A stretch of DNA of 64,000 nucleotides, taken from the NCBI GenBank assembly GCA_030141605.1, contig JAQGDQ010000354.1, positions 1 to 64,000 on the forward strand, written 5' to 3'. Under the pieces are notes generated by a model. The model did no database searches. It was not told the origin of the DNA and saw nothing but the letters and a program-made list of their open reading frames with translations. The translations under genes were made by a program, and so were the position numbers. Positions 15,101-64,000 of the stretch are shown here, one piece after another; position 1 is the stretch's first letter; every line of letters begins with the position of its first letter. The stretch is from Tubiluchus corallicola (taxonomy: Eukaryota > Animalia > Priapulida).

Positions 15101-16124
15101 AGTTACTCAAGTAAAACTTTTCCAGTTACTCAAGCAAACTTTTCCAGTTACTCAAGTAAAACCGTTCCACTTACTCAAGTAAAACCTTTCCAGTTACCCA
15201 AGTAAAACTTTTCCAGTTACTCAAGTAAAACCTTTCCACTTACTCAAGGTAAACCTTCCCAGTTACTCAAGTAAAACCTTTCCACTTACTCAAGGTAAAC
15301 CTTTCCAGTTACTCAAGTAAAACCTTTCCACTTACTCAAGGTAAGCCTTTCCAGTTACTCAAGTAAAACTTTTCCAGTTACTCAAGCAAACTTTTCCAGT
15401 TACTTAAGTAAAACAAGTAAAACCTTTTCAGTTACTCAAAAGAAAGCTTGCCAGCACACAAGTAAAACTCTTCCAGTTACTCAAGCAAACTTTGCAGTTA
15501 CACAAGTAAAAGTTTGTCGGTTACTCAAGTAATACTCTTCCAGTTGCTCAAGTCAAAGTTTGTGGGTTACTCAAGTAAATGTTTGCCAGTTACTGAAGTA
15601 AAACTCTTCCAGTTACTCATGTAAAAGTTTGCTACTTACTGAAGTAAAAGTTTGTCCGCTACTCAAATACAAGTTTGTCAGTTTCTCAAGCAAGACTTTT
15701 CCAGTTACTCAAGCAAAAGCTTTCCAGTTACTCAAGTAAAAGCTTTCCAGTTACTCAAGTAAAAGCTTTCCAGTTACTCAAGTAAAAGCTTTCCAGTTAC
15801 TCAAGTAAAAGCTTGCCAGTTACTCAAGTAAAAGTTTACCAGAAGCAAATACTCAAGTGGAACAAGGAACAGACACATTTTACTTTTCTCTTATCGCTCT
15901 CTTAACTAATTCGCTTGTACAGTTTCAGAGAATGTTTGAAAAGTGTGGACTCGTCAGTTTCCCATTTGGCAGGCTTACTTTACTTCAATTACCTACAGCC
16001 GGAGTGCTTCGTTCTGAAACCGAAAGGCAAGTGTAGGAAGAGGTCCTGGTGGGGTCACTGCAACAAATATGAACTCACCATGTCAGGGCAGACGCTACCC
16101 AATGCCCCGTGGAACCAAACCTGA
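8478..16124 (+). CDS. Secreted group III phospholipase A2-like protein (gene span, 2 coding exons, ~296 aa)
   Basis: Signal peptide MQLRTVLTAVLLQLTVKVASA; DTCCSKHADC...YGLTN...LSHCDCDKSFRECLK...YFN..QPECF matches the bee-venom-type group III PLA2 cysteine pattern. join(8478..9166,15923..16124). Confidence 0.85.
9188..9603. mobile_element. hAT-like MITE (TAGGGGTGAGCAT TIR, many TTCGAA motifs)
   Basis: 8-bp TSD AATTTTAC on both sides; second copy at ~40268-40651. Confidence 0.85.
10425..10720 (+). mobile_element. Diverged LTR-like dispersed repeat
   Basis: Similar to 13472-13715 (GTCACGTG...AGATCAGGGGCTTGGCA...AATAAA...ATAGYTTTGCCA); TG start. Confidence 0.4.
11790..12700 (+). mobile_element. 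Family F repeat copy
   Basis: Aligns by eye to 305-800 and 20825-21400. Confidence 0.7.
12757..13370 (+). mobile_element. Kolobok-like MITE family K1
   Basis: TTAA-flanked, AGGAAGACAGG...CCGGTTTTCCT-type termini; copies at 22565-23185, 39402-40037, 54443-55091. Confidence 0.8.
14547..15840. repeat. ~22-bp minisatellite (TTTCCAGTTACTCAAGTAAAAC)
   Basis: Dozens of tandem units, degenerate toward the right; lies in the PLA2 intron. Confidence 0.95.
15923..16124 (+). CDS. PLA2-like coding exon 2
   Basis: TACAG|T acceptor keeps phase 2; FRECLKSVDSSVSHLAGLLYFNYLQPECF...CRKRSWWGHC...stop. Confidence 0.85.
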
Positions 16125-16252
16125 ACTGGAACAACTCTGACCTGAAGGCGACATTATTGCTGCATTTAAAAACATTTTAAAAGTTGTAATGGTACTTGAT
16201 ATGATTACAATTTCGATATGTAAGAAATCAAATGGTATAAAACTTGTTAATG

Positions 16253-16808
16253 TTAAAGGAAAAACGGACGATTGTGTAAACATTACTTCAGCATAAAAGT
16301 ATGCTCTAAAATGTTGAAAACTACAATAGCTTTTTTTAAATCAAAGTTTAGATTAAATAATAATTGCCTCAGATACTCAAATTTCATTAAACTTTCAAAA
16401 CTACGCACGGCTCAGTGAATCTACTAAGATTGGCAACGCCTCCTTTTTGTCACATTTGTGTGGGTGACAAATAGAAGGCGGTACAGTGATAAGCATGATC
16501 ATGAACTGCAGTGTTAGTTTCTGATGTCATATGATGTAGAGCCCATTTTCGTGACATCACGCATTTAAACAGTACTGTAACATCTATGCAAATGTGCTTG
16601 ACGCGCAAGGGAAGATGCCTGCATTGCACAAACTGCGGCTGGTTTCTGACGTAAGCAATAGCTGCGTTCGGTTGAAGTTAATTAACTTCCTAAGCTAATT
16701 ATTCAAATATAAGAAATAATTGTTAACTTTTATGGGCAAGAAAATGTATATTTTGGACAGTAAATTAAAATGAGATTAAATCTAATCAATCGTCCGGTCT
16801 TCCTTTAA
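16253..16808. mobile_element. Kolobok-like MITE family K2
   Basis: TTAA-flanked, AGGAAAAACGGACG...CGTCCGGTCTTCCT TIR; second copy at 38218-38772. Confidence 0.85.
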
Positions 16809-17157
16809 GTGGTAAACTGTTGTTTGTTTGAAAACCAGCTCTCTGATGCAAAAGAAAATCCAATTTAACAAGATGGAAATTTGTTGTTTATTATTGATTT
16901 TTACAGTTACAATCACAAACTTTCATGACAAGAGGCATCATTTGATCATAACAAACTACACAATCAGGTTCCATAATTCACATTAAACTTTAACAATATA
17001 AAACTTCACAAAAATCTACATTTAATAATACTTCAAAAACAAACTAGACAGTTCAACAATTATTACGTGGCATAGCAGCTTTAATTAAAAAAATGTGAAA
17101 TTAATTACCTTGGGACAGACCACGTTTCTCTTAATTTGATGGCTCAGCTCATATTAT

Positions 17158-17580
17158 CTACCTAGCTGGGAGAGAGCCCAGATTCGTTTACCTAGCTGGG
17201 AGAGAGCCCAGATTCGTTTACCTAGCTGGGAGAGAGCCCAGATTTGTTTACCTAGCTGGGAGAGAGCCCAGATTCGTTTACCTAGCTGGGAGAGAGCCCA
17301 GATTTGTTTACTTAGCTGGGAGAGAGCCCAGATTCGTTTACCTATCTGGGAGAGAGAGCCCAGATTCGTTTACCTAACTGGGAGAAAGCCCAGTTTTGTT
17401 TACCTAGCTGGGAGAGAGCCCAGTTTTGTTTACCTAGCTGGGAGAGACAGCCCAGATTTGTCTACCTAACTGGGAGAGAGCCCAGTTTCGTTTACCTAGC
17501 TGGGAGAGTGCCCAGATTTGTTTACCTAGCTGGGAAGAGCCCAGATTTGTTTACCTAGCTGGGAGAGATCCCAGATTTGC
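17158..17580. repeat. 30-bp minisatellite (CCTAGCTGGGAGAGAGCCCAGATTCGTTTA), ~14 units
   Basis: Exact 30-bp period visible; internal CTGGG/CCCAG inverted repeat. Confidence 0.95.
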
Positions 17581-18149
17581 TTGAGTTTTTTGGCTTGGAG
17601 AAACTGATAAATCATCTCACTGTTTCTAACCATTCCAGGCATTAAACGTCTGTATAACCATTACTCAAGCATAATGTTTCATTACTATGATGTCTCTGTA
17701 CTTCCATTAGACAAATTTTAGTTTCAGAAATCTCGTATGGCTGGAGAAAATAATAATAATAATAATAATACACACTTGACTTTAACCCTCGCAGTATTTT
17801 TCAATGTATTTTCTCCTTGTGTTTGGAAGCCACTTTTGTTGCTCAATTCAGGTGAAGGATGAGGGAAGACAAAGGAAGCTAATTGGTCGTCACGAGGTGG
17901 AAATCTGCTGGTTCAATCATGTTTGTGATCTGCGTATTGTTTGTAAAGCAAGCAAGACTCGTTGTGGAAATTTTTTTTGATTGCCAGTTCATTGTTTAAC
18001 TATTACATTCAATTTCTAAAGTTTTCACTGATTTGACTGCAAAGTCCTAAAATAGTGCAGCTCTTTACATTTCAGACAATACAATTAACAAAGGAAAAAC
18101 AAACAGTGTCATTACAAAAAATAATAATAACAATAAATAGAAATAAGAG

Positions 18150-18215
18150 GTGCTATGTCATCAGTTTCGCACCATCCTTTACGAAGGTTTAGATGCAAAA
18201 TTTCATAAATAGCAC
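18150..18215 (-). promoter_or_regulatory. SECIS element (type 2) of TXNRD2
   Basis: Minus strand GTGCTAT-TT-ATGA-AATTTTGCATCT-AAA-CCTT-CGTA-AAGG-AT-GGTGCGAAAC-TGAT-GAC-ATAGCAC: helix I, AUGA/GA core, helix II (TTTTGCATC/GGTGCGAAA), unpaired AAA 12 nt after AUGA, apical mini-stem. Confidence 0.92.
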
Positions 18216-18261
18216 ATGAGTAAAATACAGCTGTCACACAGAGCAGAAACACATAGAATTC

Positions 18262-18626
18262 AAGCCAGTTTTATTACAGGCACAATTTTATTGGAAACTT
18301 TTACATTAGAAAGTTAAAATCAGGCCAAGCAATTTCACGTTTGTGGCACTAGTTCTTCGATGTAACATACATTTTGCCATTTGCTAGTTAGACGGGCACT
18401 AGCATCTGCATTTCAGAAATCTGTTGCACAAAAAACAGGTGCTATACCTCTTAGTTCAGATGTGTTAATTTGTGACGAACTACACACATTTCGACTAGTT
18501 GCTGCTGTCACCACCAGTGGTAAATTTACGCTGTATGTTTGTAAATTTACACTGATGATGACGGCAGCAGCTAGTCGAAATGTTTGGCATGATTTTAACT
18601 TTTAACTTTTTAATGTAAAAGTTTTT
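18262..18626. mobile_element. Inverted pair of Penelope pLTR-like arms, interrupted by an inverted K1 fragment (18331-18485)
   Basis: Both arms match 4214-4324; 18486-18519 is the reverse complement of 18550-18583. Confidence 0.7.
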
Positions 18627-18659
18627 ATCATGGGATTCATTTACAGACTACAACTAATA

Positions 18660-19145
18660 CAGTCAACTTCGGGTATAAGGTACTCGCTTATAAGGGACAC
18701 TCGCTTATACGGGACCACCAACACCGGTTCCCGATTTTTCGTAAAGTTTTTCCTACATAAAAATCTTCGTATATAAGGTACTCGGATATAAGGGACTTTC
18801 GGTTATAAGGGACAAACTCTTCAGGCCCTGCGTAATAGAAACCCAGGTAAATTACCTCGCATATAAGGGACCCTATGATTAAAGCAAAATTGACCGATCT
18901 TTAACCTCAATTTTTCGCAAACTCGGCCTTCAAACAGCTCGGTTTCCGCGGTCACATATATCTCGCATCACTGAAGGAGCTTCCTACATACCGTTTGCAC
19001 TGAATGTGTAGCAATAATCCATAAAAAATATGGATAAAAGTACAGAAAAGTACATGTCTAGACACACTCTGAGTCTCAGACAAGTTCGGCTATAAAGGAT
19101 GGTTTTTTCCGGTCCGGAGGCGTCCCTTATATCCGAGGTTGACTG
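18660..19145. mobile_element. Tigger/pogo-like MITE
   Basis: TA|CAGTCAACTTCGG...CCGAGGTTGACTG|TA; repeated TATAAGGG subterminal motifs. Confidence 0.85.
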
Positions 19146-19609
19146 TATGAACTTAAAAAGCTCTGATACTTTTTACTCATACTACCCATTCTATGTCAGC
19201 GATGCAGTAGTAAGTGAGACAGACGAGGGAAAGTTCTGTCATGCTGCTCTTTGTCACAGCTCGGTAACCATGGTGATATGCCATCCTTGATCCACAAGTG
19301 AGCATCATGCTACAATGGAACAATATTATTCAGTTTTGTACAAATCATTGTTCACAGGTGTTAAAGGAAGACAGGATGATTTTTCCTTTGGTATCCCATT
19401 TTCGTGTCCGATAAAAAGTATACATTTTAGCACAATGAATACTGCAAAAGCGTTTCTGATATTAACTAATAGATTAAAAACTTAATTGTCGACAGGCGAG
19501 CCGAACTACACATCAATTAAAGAACGCAACATAATAATTCCAGTGTATGCACAAATAGATTTTGAACTACAAAGTGGCACGAACCTCGTACTGTACGATC
19601 AAGGATGCT

Positions 19610-44096
<24,487 letters not shown>

Positions 44097-44312
44097 ACAC
44101 GCTTTTTGTCACGTGATCGAAATCAACCAATAACGTTTCAAAATGCAATGCTAGGTGCTACTGTACAACATTGCCATAATGCACAACACAAGGTAGAGTC
44201 CCAGTGTATAGCAGTCGGGGACTTAGAAAGTATGTGTGATTTTGTGTAGCTGAGAATTTTTAGTTGATATTTTTGTGTTTTTAGCCGCAAATAATCTGTA
44301 GTCATAGCGAAG
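44097..44312. promoter_or_regulatory. Putative bidirectional promoter TXNRD2/POR and POR non-coding first exon
   Basis: GTCACGTGAT E-box at 44108, CCAAT at 44127, plus-strand donor AAG|GTACGT at 44312. The POR ATG at 45291 directly follows an acceptor TTTTAG. Confidence 0.55.
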
Positions 44313-44576
44313 GTACGTTCTTGCATCATTGATTAAGTCATTTGTCAAGTTCAGAGCTAAGTAATATGAACTGCAGTTATAACTTATTTTTTCAATTAAA
44401 AATTTCACATGCAACTGTAGATATGCTTTACAACTGCATGAGTGTAATGTAGTAAATGTATTGTAAATGGTATAAACGAAGGTTTTTGTAAATTTAGGTA
44501 GATATAAATTTAAATATAAGGGATTTAAGTGAAGCACATATTTAGTGTGTTATCAGGTAAATATAACTACTTCTCC

Positions 44577-44910
44577 CAGGGTCGTGCAGAGCCATTGCGG
44601 GCCCGGGGGCAGGAAGCATTGAGAGCCCCTCTTCAAGTGACAAAATATTACTTAAATCTGAATTAAACACACAAATGACATACTCTAAGAACCTAAGACA
44701 TATAAGCAAAACCAAAACCAAAAGGCATAAATGTTTTTTTAATTAACTAAAGTTTAGTGCAACGGAGCTTTGCGTGACTTGGTCCTGATGAACATGTCTA
44801 TAACAGTGCTGAATTCCACTTTCCTTGCTCGTCCTTAATCTTCTCAGGCTCCCTAGACACCTCAGCCCTGGGGAGAATGGCCACTCATGCCCCCTCTTTT
44901 TTCGGGCCTG
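44577..44910. mobile_element. Degenerate hAT-like MITE
   Basis: CAGGG...CCTG termini with GC-rich GGGCCC subterminal blocks. Confidence 0.45.
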
Positions 44911-45290
44911 CTTGGGCCCGTAATTTTACTACTTAATGCCAAGTGCAACTTGTAATTACATTGCTGACTAGTATATTATTATTTTTTTGTAATTTATTAT
45001 AGTTTATGTACTATGTCTTAGCCGGATTCAATAATACATAAATCTTGCACACATTTTATCAGGAAAATGGAGAGGAATTTTTTGTACATGTGGGTCACTC
45101 TCAATAAGGGTAACCAAGATAAGGGGTAACAATAAAATGAGAAGGAAGAACTTTAATATGAAAGCTAGAATTCTTATAACTAATTTATTTATCACAGGAG
45201 TTTTTGTTTTGTCATTTTTTGTTTTTCCTTTACCAACTGTTTTATTTTAGTTACCTATGTACCGAGTTAGCCATGTGCCGTTTATTTTAG

Positions 45291-62434
<17,144 letters not shown>

Positions 62435-62879
62435 GTAAGAAGTTTTGCAAAGCAAAGTATTTACGTTTTATAAACAAATTTTAGTTTCTGTAGAAATGCT
62501 GGCTTGAATTATATTCAAGAATTGCTTGTCTTAGTTTAAGTCAATATTTTATTTCATACTTAATGATGATTTTGGTTTATTACGTTGCTTATGAACTTTT
62601 TGTCCTCAAAATTGTGTTATTTTGCTTAGATTTATGCATTTAACTTTATTCTGTTTATTTTTTGTTTTTAATTTCTTGAGAAATCCTATAAATTTGTTTT
62701 GTTTTCTTATTGATTTTGTTATCTGCAGCATCACAGTTTATTTTTATTATTAAAACTTTCTGTATGAAAGGGAAGGAGAATAGATGACCTGTATGTTCTT
62801 CCCTGCCCTCCTCTGTGAATGCAGTTATCTAACATTTAACTGAAACTATTGCTGTAAAATTACGTTGGAGAAAATGAAT

Positions 62880-63672
62880 TTTCTATGTCTATGTATGTAG
62901 GTGTTCTATGTGTATGTATGTCTAAATGTAGGTGTTCTTCGTATATGTATGTCTAAATATAGGTGTTCTATGTCTATGTATGTCTAAATGTAGGTGTTCT
63001 ATGTCTATGTATGTCTAAATATAGGTGTTCTATGTCTATGTATGTCTAAATGTAGGTGTTCTATGTCTATGTATGTCTAAACGTAGGTGTTCTATGTCTA
63101 TGTATGTCTAAATGTAGGTGTTATTTGTCTATGTATGTCTAAATATAGGTTTTCTATGTCTATGTATGTCTAAGTGTAGGTGTTCTCTGTCTATGTATGT
63201 CTAAATGTAAGTGTTCTTTGTCTACGTATGTCTAAATGTAAGTGTTCTATGTCTACGTATGTCTAAATGTAGGTGTTCTGTCTATGTATGTCTAAATGTA
63301 GGTGTTCTATGTCTATGTATGTCTAAATATAGGTGTTCTATATCTATGTATGTCTAAATGTAGGTTTTCTTTGTCTATGTATGTCTAAATGTAGGTGTTC
63401 TATGTCTATGTATGTCAAAATGTAGGTTTTCTTTGTCTATGTATGCCTAAATGTAGGTGTTCTATGTCTATGTATGTCTAAATGTAGGTGTTCTATGTCT
63501 ATGTATGTCTAAATGTAGGTGTTCTGTGTCTATGTATGTCTAAATATAGGTGTTCTATGTCTATGTATGTCTAAATATAGGTGTTCTATGTCTGTGTATG
63601 TCTAAATATAGGTGTTCTATATCTATGTATGTCTAAATGTAGGTGTTCTATGTCTATGTATGTCTAAATCTA
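62880..63672. repeat. 31-bp minisatellite (ATGTCTATGTATGTCTAAATGTAGGTGTTCT)
   Basis: Regular 31-bp period. Confidence 0.95.
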
Positions 63673-64000
63673 GGCCTCGATACTGTCACGTCTATGAACA
63701 ATGTAGAAGGCAGTGGTAGTTCGTGTATAGGTACTCTGGAACTGCAGCACCCCCTATTTTCACTCAGTATTATCGATAATATTTAATTATAATAATTAGT
63801 CTTTTTTCTTTAGTTCTTTCTTTATACTTATACGGAACCAGAGCATGTGAGGGTAGTACTGTTTGCTTCACAGCCCAGCACAGTGGTGTGTTTGGCTGTT
63901 GTGCTCACATGTCTAAGATAAAACACTGTATGCTGCACTGCTGACATTTGCTGCTAGGTAGAGAAAGTGCTGTCGCTCACACAGTTTGTTGTCAGTTGTC

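Noticed and set aside
19298-19355. Second SECIS-like hairpin (ATGAT...TGAT) 250 nt after the TXNRD2 stop
   Set aside because: Helix II is only ~8 bp with two mismatches and the AA spacing is wrong. Still worth a SECISearch run, because a functional element here would undercut the poly(A)-switch idea

Overview
AT-rich, repeat-dense genomic DNA from an invertebrate animal, with spliceosomal introns and no prokaryotic features. Three intron-containing genes were reconstructed by hand. (1) A secreted group III phospholipase A2-like gene on + (2 coding exons, about 296 aa) with an altered Ca2+-binding site. (2) A complete mitochondrial thioredoxin reductase TXNRD2 on - (16 coding exons, about 527 aa). 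It has the CVNVGC motif, a C-terminal Gly-Cys-Sec-Gly read through an in-frame UGA, a type-2 SECIS 1.4 kb downstream, a 20-nt micro-exon and a U12-type intron. (3) The 5' part of NADPH-cytochrome P450 reductase POR on + (8 coding exons, running off the window), head-to-head with TXNRD2. Introns and intergenic DNA are packed with MITEs (hAT-, Tigger/pogo-, piggyBac-, Kolobok-like), solo LTRs, LINE/Penelope remnants, SINEs and mini/microsatellites. Best leads: transposon-derived poly(A) signals just upstream of the SECIS, a 5S-headed SINE with an RTE-derived tail, a PLA2 pseudo-enzyme, a stray EPRS-like WHEP fragment, and a candidate poison exon in POR. All calls come from reading the sequence; no searches were run.
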